Shown one piece after another: positions 27,141 through 36,002 of a stretch of 64,000 nucleotides of DNA (position 1 is its first letter; each line of letters begins with the position of its first letter). The DNA comes from Gammaproteobacteria bacterium (GTDB lineage Bacteria; Pseudomonadota; Gammaproteobacteria; Eutrophobiales; Eutrophobiaceae). Location: NCBI GenBank assembly GCA_028819495.1, contig JAPPLI010000149.1, forward strand, positions 153 through 64,152, in the 5' to 3' direction. The position numbers and the translations under genes were made by a program. The notes under the pieces were generated by a model that saw nothing but the letters and a program-made list of their open reading frames with translations, was not told the DNA's origin and did no database searches.

Positions 27141-28409
27141 TTAAGCCTGTGCCGGACCGAAGGACTTCGAATAACCGCCGTCGGTGGCCTCAGGATATTT
27201 CAGACTGGTCTCGGCCAGGAATTCGGAGCAATCGTCAAGGCGTTTCCGGCGCGCGTCTTCATCCTCGTCGAGCAGTTGATCGAGGTAGTAGTTGATCAGG
27301 TGATGAATGGCGCGCTCCAGTTTGACGGTCGGCCCCGGCCGAAAACCGCGCGAACTGATGCCTGTCTGCAAAGACTCCAGCATTGCCAGGTCTTCAGTCG
27401 CGACGAGCTTGATGAAATCCGCGTAGATCTGGTTCTTCTCTGCGAAACCGGGCTCACCGAAAAATGCTTCCGGAAGTTGTGTATAGATAGTTACATGGGT
27501 GCGGTTGACATCGATCGGCGTAGCGACCCAGGGCTGGATAAGATCATGCCGGCCGAATATGTTCATGGTCGGGCGGACCCAGGTTGTGCATGCGAATTTA
27601 TCGGTCACCTTGCCCTCCAGCCAGGGCATCGGGCCAAACAGCGTAACGCCGTTCGGGGCCATGGTATAGCTCTCGTACACGGCATTGTAGCCGTTGCCGT
27701 TGAGATTGAAGCGGAAGTCATTGATTGGAAAGTGGCCGCCGAATGACGTACCGTGAATGACGCCGACGTGGTACATGTCCATCAGGTTTTCAGGTACAAA
27801 TTTCCAGTTGCACGGGACTTCAAATTCGAATTTGTCCGATGTCCTGGTGTCCTCGGGTTGCAGGAAACCTGCGAATTCACGCACGCCATCATCGTCCAGG
27901 CAGTCATTAAGCGGGCGGCACTCCGGGTCGAAATTAACGAATACATATCCGCCCCAGGTGTCGAGGTTCACAGACGGCAGGCTACAGGACTTGAAGTCAT
28001 AGTCGGTAACTTCCGTACTGTGCGGCGCCGCTTTCAGCTTTCCGTCGAGTGTATATGACCACGCGTGATAGCGGCAGGTGAAAAGCCTGGCATTACCCCG
28101 GCCGACCGCCACCTCTACGCCGCGATGCGCGCAGAGATTCCTGAAGGCGCGCAGTACACCATCTCTATCGCGACAGACTACCAGGGGTTCGCCGGCAATA
28201 CGCGTGGCATGGTAGTCGCCGGGTTTCCCGAACTCCTCAACGCGCCCCACGCACAACCATTCGCGCATGAAAATGGTATCGATCTCACGCTGGAAGATTT
28301 CCTCAGAGCTGTAAAAAAAACCGGGCAGGTGCCCTGATTTGAGAAGATGAGAGCGGGTTTTTTCGATTAGTTTTCGAGTTTCTGAATCAAGTTCCGGAAT
28401 AAGCGACAT
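27141..28409 (-). CDS. Rieske [2Fe-2S] non-haem-iron oxygenase, alpha-type subunit
   Basis: It has the Rieske motif CAHRG-x-CRYHAW and the mononuclear iron motif DMYHVGVIH. No beta subunit or reductase gene lies next to it. Confidence 0.9.
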   Translation of the reverse strand: MSLIPELDSETRKLIEKTRSHLLKSGHLPGFFYSSEEIFQREIDTIFMREWLCVGRVEEFGKPGDYHATRIAGEPLVVCRDRDGVLRAFRNLCAHRGVEVAVGRGNARLFTCRYHAWSYTLDGKLKAAPHSTEVTDYDFKSCSLPSVNLDTWGGYVFVNFDPECRPLNDCLDDDGVREFAGFLQPEDTRTSDKFEFEVPCNWKFVPENLMDMYHVGVIHGTSFGGHFPINDFRFNLNGNGYNAVYESYTMAPNGVTLFGPMPWLEGKVTDKFACTTWVRPTMNIFGRHDLIQPWVATPIDVNRTHVTIYTQLPEAFFGEPGFAEKNQIYADFIKLVATEDLAMLESLQTGISSRGFRPGPTVKLERAIHHLINYYLDQLLDEDEDARRKRLDDCSEFLAETSLKYPEATDGGYSKSFGPAQA

Positions 28410-28461
28410 CGATCTGTTCCCCCTGTTTGAGTAATGTTCTGTCAGGTTGATATATCACCGT

Positions 28462-29283
28462 TTACGCTGCCGCGAGCAGTGTAAACGTCTGGGTTGTGAC
28501 CGGAACGCGTTCCAGTTCCTCACGGACGTCGTCACCCTGCGAAACCGGCGAGAGATAGCGCCCGGTGAACGACAGTTCGATGCTTTCAGCATCATCGAAG
28601 GGGTACGGGTCCAGGGCATAGACTCCGGTCTCAACGGGTTTGATGGCGACTTCCGTATCCTCTGAAGCGTTCAACGGCACGTGAGAGAAGCTCGCTTCTT
28701 CACGCGCGCCTTCATGGACGCAGTTGAAATACAGCGCCAGCGTATCGAAGAACTGCAGCTGCTTGTAATTCTGGAACAGCCGACTCTCCTGGGTTAAAGA
28801 AGCCGTCTCGGGGTCACTTTCCAGTTGTGTCCTGAGACGTTTTTGCCGTTCAATTTCGCCCTCCAGCATCGCGTCGGCCAGCGCCCGGTTGTCGTCGGCA
28901 AGGCTGTCGAGCAGTACTTTGTCCGACATCCCGTAGCGTCCGTTATACAGGCCCCAACTGTGCATGCTGGACATGAGGCCGCAGTAGGGATGATGCTCAC
29001 TGTTGGCATCCGGGGAGGCGCTGCTGGTCTCGACTATGTTCGCGAATGGTGTCTTCACCAGGTTGTACGGCAAGCCGGTTGCCGGGTCGCGCAATGCCTG
29101 TGCGTCCAGGTCGCGCCAGCCAATGTCGTGATGTTCGATGACGTGCAGCATCAGCGCACGCGGTTCGACCGGTTCAAACTGTTCGTTGCCGAAATGCTCG
29201 GCGAAGCGCGCGCAGAGCGCGGTATGTTGGTCCATGGTGATGACGAAGTGTTCCGCACCTTCAGCTGCACTTTGTACGATCAT
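28462..29283 (-). CDS. hypothetical protein (HHD-x-GW motif; possibly DUF3891-like)
   Basis: 273 aa, in-operon, with good coding character. It carries a conserved-looking IEHHDIGWRD motif. The family assignment is from memory only. Confidence 0.5.
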   Translation of the reverse strand: MIVQSAAEGAEHFVITMDQHTALCARFAEHFGNEQFEPVEPRALMLHVIEHHDIGWRDLDAQALRDPATGLPYNLVKTPFANIVETSSASPDANSEHHPYCGLMSSMHSWGLYNGRYGMSDKVLLDSLADDNRALADAMLEGEIERQKRLRTQLESDPETASLTQESRLFQNYKQLQFFDTLALYFNCVHEGAREEASFSHVPLNASEDTEVAIKPVETGVYALDPYPFDDAESIELSFTGRYLSPVSQGDDVREELERVPVTTQTFTLLAAA

Positions 29284-29321
29284 GGTATGTCTCCTGTAGA
29301 GCTGCGTTGTTTGGAGGCAGG

Positions 29322-29346
29322 GGGGACGGACTTGAAGTCCGTCCCC
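29322..29346 (-). terminator. 25-nt palindrome GGGGACGGACTT-G-AAGTCCGTCCCC downstream of the SDR gene
   Basis: Read directly from the sequence. It lies in the 108-nt gap between the SDR stop (29392) and the next start (29283) and has no clear T-tract. Confidence 0.4.
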
Positions 29347-29391
29347 GGGATTTCTGCCGTATAGATTGTATTGTTCGGGCGCGCGTGTGCA

Positions 29392-30153
29392 TTATTGGGC
29401 AACGAAACCTCCGTCAACCGAGAGAACGGACCCAACGGTGAAACTCGCCTGGGGTGAGCACAGCCATACCACTGCGTGCGCGATTTCTTCCGCTTCCCCC
29501 ATCCTGCCGATCGGCTCGCGTGAGATGATTGCATCGATGATTTCGGGCCGGCCTTCCAGGATTTTATCAACCAGCGGCGTTTGCACCGGACCGGGGCAGA
29601 CCGCGTTGACGCGTATGCCGCTTTGCGCATATTCCAGCGCTGCGGTTTTAGTTAATCCGATAACGCCATGCTTGCTCGCGGAATAAGCGGGCATGCCGTT
29701 CGAACCCACGAGCCCGAAATTTGATGCGTTATTGACGATGGCGCCGCTGCCCTGTTTCAGCATCTGCGCGATCTCGTATTTCATGCACAACCATACGCCC
29801 TTGAGGTTTATCCCGGTGATTCGATCCCAGTTCTCTTCGCTGCAATCTGCCGTTTGACTGAGTTCACCCTGGATGCCGGCATTATTGAACGCGCAGTCGA
29901 GGCTGCCATAAGCAGCGACCGCGGCGCCAACCATGTTTTCAACCGCTGCGGACTGCGACACGTCCGCGACCACGAACGTCGCTGTTCCCGACGCGGCTTC
30001 GATCAGTTCAAGGGTTTCCGCGCCACCCGTCTCGTCGACATCGGCGACGACGACATTGGCTCTGGCAGCCGCGAATGCAATAGCGGCGGCGCGGCCGATC
30101 CCCGACCCGCCGCCGGTGACAAGTGCTGTTCTGCCTTCGAGCATGTTGCCCAT
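29392..30153 (-). CDS. short-chain dehydrogenase/reductase (SDR)
   Basis: It has the TGGGSGIG, NNAG and YSASK motifs. Confidence 0.9.
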   Translation of the reverse strand: MGNMLEGRTALVTGGGSGIGRAAAIAFAAARANVVVADVDETGGAETLELIEAASGTATFVVADVSQSAAVENMVGAAVAAYGSLDCAFNNAGIQGELSQTADCSEENWDRITGINLKGVWLCMKYEIAQMLKQGSGAIVNNASNFGLVGSNGMPAYSASKHGVIGLTKTAALEYAQSGIRVNAVCPGPVQTPLVDKILEGRPEIIDAIISREPIGRMGEAEEIAHAVVWLCSPQASFTVGSVLSVDGGFVAQ

Positions 30154-30160
30154 GGTCCTG

Positions 30161-30478
30161 TTACTGGTACGTGTCGAATCTCTCCGCCTCGACCATGTTC
30201 AGCCTGGCGGGGTTCTTGTACATCTCGACGAGGTTGCAGACTTCCACGAGCGATAAAGCCATGTTGCACAGACGCCGGGCATCCTCGGGCATCTCGGCGT
30301 AATGGTACTGGTTGAGGTACACGATAATTTCTTCCAGCCGCCCCCACATCGCATCATAAAAATCGTGAATCTCGTCCAGCGAAGAGCCCACGCGTTTTGC
30401 AATACGCTCACGTTCGGTCGGCAGCGACCACTCCAGGTATTTCTTGAGATCGAGGAACGGCTCAGGTAACACGGCCAT
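30161..30478 (-). CDS. small hypothetical protein (105 aa, predicted helical)
   Basis: I moved the start to MAVLPEPF (ATG 30476-30478), 2 nt after the Rieske gene stop (TGA-CC-ATG). I recognise no motif in it. Confidence 0.5.
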   Translation of the reverse strand: MAVLPEPFLDLKKYLEWSLPTERERIAKRVGSSLDEIHDFYDAMWGRLEEIIVYLNQYHYAEMPEDARRLCNMALSLVEVCNLVEMYKNPARLNMVEAERFDTYQ

Positions 30479-30480
30479 GG

Positions 30481-31665
30481 TCAAACCTGCTCCATTTCGC
30501 GTTCGAGGACCCTGTGAAAATGCCGGATCGGCAGCTCCTCGTCCTGCATGATCATGTGCGGGCGGGCGCGGGAGGCGAGCCCTTTCTGGATCTGCTCGTG
30601 CTGGAACGCATCTTCCATCAAGGTATCCCGTAAACGGAGGATGGTCCATTCCTGGTTCAGCCGTTGCGCGACATTTTCCGCTTCCGGGAAGTGATAGCGC
30701 ATCTCCCAGATACAGCGGTCGACGGCGAGTGGCCAGAAATTATAGGTCATGAAAAAATCGCCCGACACGCCTTCAAAAAGAAGGATGGCGGAATTCGGAA
30801 ACAGCAGGTACCAGTCAAAATTGCTGATGCGCTGGCTCATGCGCACATCGTTGACCGCGCTGTCCAGACTGTTGAGCAGGGCATCGGTCGGCAGTGGCTG
30901 GTGGTTCGGGTTGTACTCACACGACCAGACGCTGTGGTAGTTATACAGGTTCACGTTCGAGAAACGGCAGAACCTGTCGTCCTTGAGCACGAACGCATCG
31001 CCGATGGTAAAGCGGTGCTGGACGGGGAGGTGATACAGCTCGTTCTGCGCATCGATCCCGGTCTTCCAGTTGGCGGCTTCCTCGACTTTGTAAGTCTTGA
31101 GCAACTGCATCTTCTCAAAGCCGGCGCCGTCGAGCTGGGTCCCCAGGCCGCCGAGGAACTCGCGCAAGGTCTCGGCGGGTTCCGGCGAGAGATTGATAAA
31201 TATGAAACCTTCCCAGATGTCACAGTTGATTGGGGTCAGACCATACTGGTCCTTGTCGAGATCGAAAAAGTTTTCCTCATCTGGCACGAACGCCAGTTTT
31301 CCTTCAGGCGAGAACGCCCAGCCGTGAAAGTTGCAGCCGAACCGGCCCGGACACCTGCCGCGTTTCTCTTTCATGATGAGAGTATTACCCCGGTGCGGGC
31401 ACACGTTGTGAAACGCGCGTACTTCGTCATCATCGCCACGGACGATGAGGATGGATACGCTGCAAACGGCAAGATCCCGCACGAAAAAATCGCCGCCTTC
31501 AGGGATTTCACTGACCCGGCCCATCATCAGCCAGTGACGCCTGAAAATAAGCTCCCGTTCCCGTTCAAAATATTCCGGGTTTATGCAGGGCTCCGTGGAT
31601 ACCAGTCCGGTATCTGCATCGGGGTATTTCTCGGACCACTGTTTGTCTATCAATCGGGTTTGCAT
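30481..31665 (-). CDS. Rieske [2Fe-2S] non-haem-iron oxygenase, alpha-type subunit
   Basis: It has the Rieske motif CPHRG-x-CNFHGW and the iron motif ELYHLPVQH. It is 394 aa, and there is again no beta or reductase partner. Confidence 0.9.
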   Translation of the reverse strand: MQTRLIDKQWSEKYPDADTGLVSTEPCINPEYFERERELIFRRHWLMMGRVSEIPEGGDFFVRDLAVCSVSILIVRGDDDEVRAFHNVCPHRGNTLIMKEKRGRCPGRFGCNFHGWAFSPEGKLAFVPDEENFFDLDKDQYGLTPINCDIWEGFIFINLSPEPAETLREFLGGLGTQLDGAGFEKMQLLKTYKVEEAANWKTGIDAQNELYHLPVQHRFTIGDAFVLKDDRFCRFSNVNLYNYHSVWSCEYNPNHQPLPTDALLNSLDSAVNDVRMSQRISNFDWYLLFPNSAILLFEGVSGDFFMTYNFWPLAVDRCIWEMRYHFPEAENVAQRLNQEWTILRLRDTLMEDAFQHEQIQKGLASRARPHMIMQDEELPIRHFHRVLEREMEQV

Positions 31666-31714
31666 GATTTCACCTCCAAATCAGATAACCTCTACTGCCA
31701 ATGCGCCAACTCGG

Positions 31715-34096
31715 TCAACTCGCCTGCGGCTGGTTCACATTGTTAATCAAATCCATCACCTGCTGCGGACCTATCGGGGTCACCAGCGGCACCAGGGCGC
31801 CGTCATGGTCGGACAAGGCATCCGCCAGCGCATTCGATAACGCGATATGGACCGATAACATCGCAGCCTCGCCGGCGCCTTTGAAACCGCCTTCGGTAAT
31901 CGGTGACGGAGTCACGACATGTTCGCATTGGATGTCGGGCAGGTTTACTGCGTTCGGGATCAGAAAATCCATGAACGACGCGTTTTTAAGCTGGCCGTTC
32001 TCATCGTAATCCAGCGATTCCATCAGGCCCATGCCGAGTCCCTGCGAGGCGCCGCCGCGCATCTGCCCGTCGACGACTTTCGGGTTGATCATGTTGCCGC
32101 AATCCTCAACTGCAACGATACGTTTGATATCGATGATCCCGGTTTGCGGGTCCAGTTCAATCGTTACCGCATGCGAGCCGTTTGCATACGCGGCCGGCGG
32201 GTCGTAGTGCCGCGTGGACGCCAGAACAGGTTCCACTTCGTCCTCATCCGGACGGCTGTAGCGGTCGTAATAGGTGATAAAAGCGATTTCAGCAACCGTT
32301 TTGCTGATAGCCCGTGAACCCTTGACGAAAATCTCTCCGTCTTCAATGGTCAGGTCAGCTTCATTCGCTTCCATCACGTGCGCCGCAATTTTCAACAATT
32401 TTTCGCGCACGTCAGTCGCTGCCCGAATAACCGAACCGCCGCCGATTACTGCGCTGCGGCTCGCAAACGTACCCATGCCGTAGGACCCCGTTGCAGTGTC
32501 GCCATCGAGTACTTTGACATCTTCAAAAGGCACCCCCAGAACATCCGCTGCGACCTGGGCCAGAGTCGTTCTCTGCCCCTGCCCGTGGCTGAACTGTCCG
32601 CTCTTTACCGTAACCTTCCCGCTCGGATCCATTTCAACCGTTGTCGAATCGTGCAACGTTGCGGGAAAACCGCTTTCCCGCGCCGAATGACTGCCCCAGT
32701 TCGTTTGCTCGACGAAAAATGACACGCCAATCCCCCTCAGTTTACCTTCCTCCGTAAGCCGGGGCTGCTTCTTTTGCTGTGCGTAATCCGATGCGTCCAG
32801 ACACTTATCCAGCACTTTATGGTAGTCGCCGCTGTCATAGGTTTGATTCGTCACCGTGGTATAGGGAAATTCATCGGCGCGGATGAAGTTCTTGCGGTAG
32901 AGATCGGTGATATCCAGGTTGAGCAGGCGGGCCGCCTTCGTCATCACCATTTCGCGCGCATAGCAACCTGCAGACCAGCCAACTCCGCGATAAGCGCCGG
33001 TGTTCATTTTATTCGTCAGGCACACCACCGTTTCAAACTCGATATTCCGCACCGTGAACGCGCCGGGAGCGCCGGTATTTGCCGGAACCGATTCAATCAG
33101 ACCCGACCAGGGATTTTGCGAATAAGCGCCGGAATCGCAGATATTCCTGATTTTCATGCCGGCCATGGCGCCGTCGCTCTTGAACGCGAGGGACATGTAA
33201 ATGGTGCATTGCTTCGCGTGGGACGCCCCGAGCAGGTGTTCGCGCCGGTCTTCGGTCCACTTGACCGGCTGTTTAAATTCCTTTGCCAGCCACGGCAGGA
33301 TAAACTCTTCCGGGAAGAAATGCGCCTTCTGCCCGAAACCGCCACCTACGGTTGGTGCAACTACCCGGATAATCTGCTCCGGGATACCGAGATGCAGCGC
33401 AATCGACGTGCGCAGGAAATAAGGCATCTGGGTCGACGACCACACCGACAGGGTATCGTCCCAACCCCAGGTCGCCACCACGCCGCGCGTCTCCATCGGC
33501 GCAGCCGAGGTTCGACCGGTCGCGATCTTTTCACTGACAACGAGATCCGCCTCAGCAAAGGCTTTGTCCACGTCTCCGTTACTGAACGAGTCCTCATAAT
33601 AGATGTTGCTGCCGAGGTCTTCGTGCAGGAGCTCGGCATCCGGCTGCATCGCATCTTCAACGTTGTTATATGCCGGCAGGGGTTCGTATTCCACCCCGAT
33701 CAATTCGACGATATCTTCAGCAATGTAGCGGCTTGGCGCTACCACGGCCGCAATAATCTCACCCACGAAGCGCACTTTGCCGGTTGCCAGAAACGGCATG
33801 AACACCGGCTTCATGGTGCCGCGCGTGCCTGGTATGAAGGTCTTGAAACCAGCGCCTAAATCATCGTTCGTGATAATGCGCACACAGTCAGGATGCTGCC
33901 GCGCCTTATCAAGATTGAGGCTTTTGATGCGTGCGTGCCCATGCGCGCTCCTGAGGAAGGCCACTTCCAGCATCCCCGGTATCTTGATGTCATCGACATA
34001 CTTCGCCTGCCCCATCAGGATCTGCGGGTCCTCGGTGCGCTTGCGTGATTCGCCGATGTACTTTGTCGCTCCACCCAATGCGATCGGTTCTTTCAT
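31715..34096 (-). CDS. molybdopterin-binding large subunit of a xanthine-dehydrogenase-family hydroxylase
   Basis: 793 aa. It has the GGGFGQK motif and an AYRGVG motif. The form-I CO-dehydrogenase signature (AYxCSFR) is absent. Confidence 0.9.
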   Translation of the reverse strand: MKEPIALGGATKYIGESRKRTEDPQILMGQAKYVDDIKIPGMLEVAFLRSAHGHARIKSLNLDKARQHPDCVRIITNDDLGAGFKTFIPGTRGTMKPVFMPFLATGKVRFVGEIIAAVVAPSRYIAEDIVELIGVEYEPLPAYNNVEDAMQPDAELLHEDLGSNIYYEDSFSNGDVDKAFAEADLVVSEKIATGRTSAAPMETRGVVATWGWDDTLSVWSSTQMPYFLRTSIALHLGIPEQIIRVVAPTVGGGFGQKAHFFPEEFILPWLAKEFKQPVKWTEDRREHLLGASHAKQCTIYMSLAFKSDGAMAGMKIRNICDSGAYSQNPWSGLIESVPANTGAPGAFTVRNIEFETVVCLTNKMNTGAYRGVGWSAGCYAREMVMTKAARLLNLDITDLYRKNFIRADEFPYTTVTNQTYDSGDYHKVLDKCLDASDYAQQKKQPRLTEEGKLRGIGVSFFVEQTNWGSHSARESGFPATLHDSTTVEMDPSGKVTVKSGQFSHGQGQRTTLAQVAADVLGVPFEDVKVLDGDTATGSYGMGTFASRSAVIGGGSVIRAATDVREKLLKIAAHVMEANEADLTIEDGEIFVKGSRAISKTVAEIAFITYYDRYSRPDEDEVEPVLASTRHYDPPAAYANGSHAVTIELDPQTGIIDIKRIVAVEDCGNMINPKVVDGQMRGGASQGLGMGLMESLDYDENGQLKNASFMDFLIPNAVNLPDIQCEHVVTPSPITEGGFKGAGEAAMLSVHIALSNALADALSDHDGALVPLVTPIGPQQVMDLINNVNQPQAS

Positions 34097-34111
34097 GGTC
34101 AGTATCCTCGA

Positions 34112-34600
34112 TTAAGCCTCGCCCGATGACAGGGCCGCCACGGCCGCTGCCTCGACCGAGTCGACAATGTCATGATAGCCGGTACAACGGCACAGGTTAC
34201 CCGACAGCGCTTCACGGATTTCCGCGCGGGTCGGGGTGGGGTTTTCCTCGAGAAACGCCTTCATGCTCATCAGGATCCCGGGTGTGCAGAACCCGCATTG
34301 CAGACCCTGGTTTTCCCAGAAGGCATTTTGCAAAGCGTTCAGTTTGCCGTTCTCCGCCAGCGATTCCACTGTCTCGATTGCCTTGCCTTCCGCCTGCAAC
34401 GCGAATGTCAGGCAGGAACGCACCGGCAATCCGTCCACCAGGATCGTGCATGACCCGCAGATACCATGTTCACAGGCGACGTGTGTGCCGCTGAGATCAA
34501 GTTCATGCCGGATAAAATCGGATAACAGCATGCGCGGTTCTATTTCCCTGTCGTAGGAGACCCCGTTTACATTGAGGGTGATCTTTTTTTTCTCAACCAT
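34112..34600 (-). CDS. [2Fe-2S]-binding small subunit of the molybdenum hydroxylase
   Basis: It has CEHGICGSCT and QCGFCTPG cluster motifs. It is 162 aa. Confidence 0.92.
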   Translation of the reverse strand: MVEKKKITLNVNGVSYDREIEPRMLLSDFIRHELDLSGTHVACEHGICGSCTILVDGLPVRSCLTFALQAEGKAIETVESLAENGKLNALQNAFWENQGLQCGFCTPGILMSMKAFLEENPTPTRAEIREALSGNLCRCTGYHDIVDSVEAAAVAALSSGEA

Positions 34601-34622
34601 ATTCTGCTCCTGTGTCCCGGTT

Positions 34623-35495
34623 CTAAACGGTTACTGCCCGGCTGAGTGCATCTTCAAGCGCCCGGGCAGTCAACGCTTGCGCGGCATTGCGGCGATATTC
34701 CGCGGTGACGTGTACGTCGGTTTCCGGATCGATAATCCCGCGCACACTGGCTGCCGCCTCCTGCACCAGTTCGGGCGAGCACTGATTTCCGAGTAACGCA
34801 TCCTCTGCTTCCCTGGCCCGTACCGGGGTTGCGTCAACTCCGAACAATGAAACCCTGGCATAACTACACTTGCCATCGCTATCCAGGTCGATCACGGCCG
34901 CGCTGCCTGCCAGTGAGAAATCACCCGCGCGTTGGGTGATTTCATGGAATCCCCACCCGCTGGTCTGCGGCGGCGCCTTGAACAGGATGGATGACAACAC
35001 TTCATCAGTCTTCAGAGACGTTGTCATGTAGGTGATAAAAAAGTCCTCCGCCGGGACCACAGTTTTATTCGATGCGCTTTCTGTTTCAAATTCCGCATCC
35101 AGTAATAACGACATGGCGGGCAGTTCGGAAGCCGGGTCTGCGTGGGCGATGCTGCCGCCTACCGTGCCCTTGTTACGCACCTGGAAATGGGAAATGTGCT
35201 CGATTGCATGAACCAGTACCGGTATTCGTTGGCGCAGGCCTGCATGCTTTTCCGTAAATCGCTGGGTGGTGGTAGCTTTCACCCTCACGCCGTTCTGCTC
35301 ATCAACAACAAGATTGGGCTCCTCCACGTTGCTGACATCTATCAGAACACTGGGTGTGGCCAGCCTGAAATTCATCGCTGCAATGAGACTTTGTCCGCCG
35401 GCCAGGATCTTTGCATCATCTCCATGTTCCTTTAACAAGGCGCACGCGTGTTGTAAATTCTCAGCCCTGTGGTAATCAAACTTCGCTGGTTTCAT
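34623..35495 (-). CDS. FAD-binding medium subunit of the molybdenum hydroxylase
   Basis: It has the AGGQSL motif. It is 290 aa and CoxM/XdhB-like. Confidence 0.88.
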   Translation of the reverse strand: MKPAKFDYHRAENLQHACALLKEHGDDAKILAGGQSLIAAMNFRLATPSVLIDVSNVEEPNLVVDEQNGVRVKATTTQRFTEKHAGLRQRIPVLVHAIEHISHFQVRNKGTVGGSIAHADPASELPAMSLLLDAEFETESASNKTVVPAEDFFITYMTTSLKTDEVLSSILFKAPPQTSGWGFHEITQRAGDFSLAGSAAVIDLDSDGKCSYARVSLFGVDATPVRAREAEDALLGNQCSPELVQEAAASVRGIIDPETDVHVTAEYRRNAAQALTARALEDALSRAVTV

Positions 35496-35513
35496 ATCTC
35501 ACACCTTTAACAG

Positions 35514-35972
35514 TCAGTTTGGCGTTGGTACAAAATGATTCTCCATCTCATTAATCAGGTCCTTGAAAAACTCCTTGGTCATGTGCTTTGAAATGCCTGT
35601 TATAACCCTCCCCCCGATGCTGGCGATCAGTCCGCCTACGTTAGCATCACAGGACCAGCGCATCAAAGTACCGGCAGAGACTGCTTCCAGAAGGCAATTC
35701 ACTTCCATATTCACAAAACCCGGTTTGCCGGCGCCCTCGGCATTAAGAAGGTAACGGTGAGGAAACTCAACATCGGTAACCCGGATTTTTCCTTCATAGT
35801 CGCCTTTTATTGCCGCTACCCCCAGCGACAGTGTTATCTTATACCCGCCGTCTTCATCGGGCATCAAAGACTTGCAGCCAGGGATGACCTTGACGAGGAT
35901 ATCCACATCGTGTAACGCACTCCATACCTGTACAGTGTCGTACGGGAACTCGGCACGACCTTCAAGTTTCAA
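35514..35972 (-). CDS. CoxG / SRPBCC-family protein
   Basis: 152 aa with CoxG-like sequence, positioned at the head of the Mo-hydroxylase genes. Confidence 0.75.
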   Translation of the reverse strand: MKLEGRAEFPYDTVQVWSALHDVDILVKVIPGCKSLMPDEDGGYKITLSLGVAAIKGDYEGKIRVTDVEFPHRYLLNAEGAGKPGFVNMEVNCLLEAVSAGTLMRWSCDANVGGLIASIGGRVITGISKHMTKEFFKDLINEMENHFVPTPN

Positions 35973-36002
35973 ATTACTTTCCTCTGGTAATAACCAACCT
36001 CG

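Noticed and set aside
31715-35972. The CoxG/CoxM/CoxS/CoxL-like genes as an aerobic carbon-monoxide dehydrogenase.
   Set aside because: The large subunit has AYRGVG rather than the form-I CODH active-site signature AYxCSFR. No coxDEF-type maturation genes are present, and the genes are embedded among aromatic and heterocycle oxygenases. A substrate hydroxylase is more likely.
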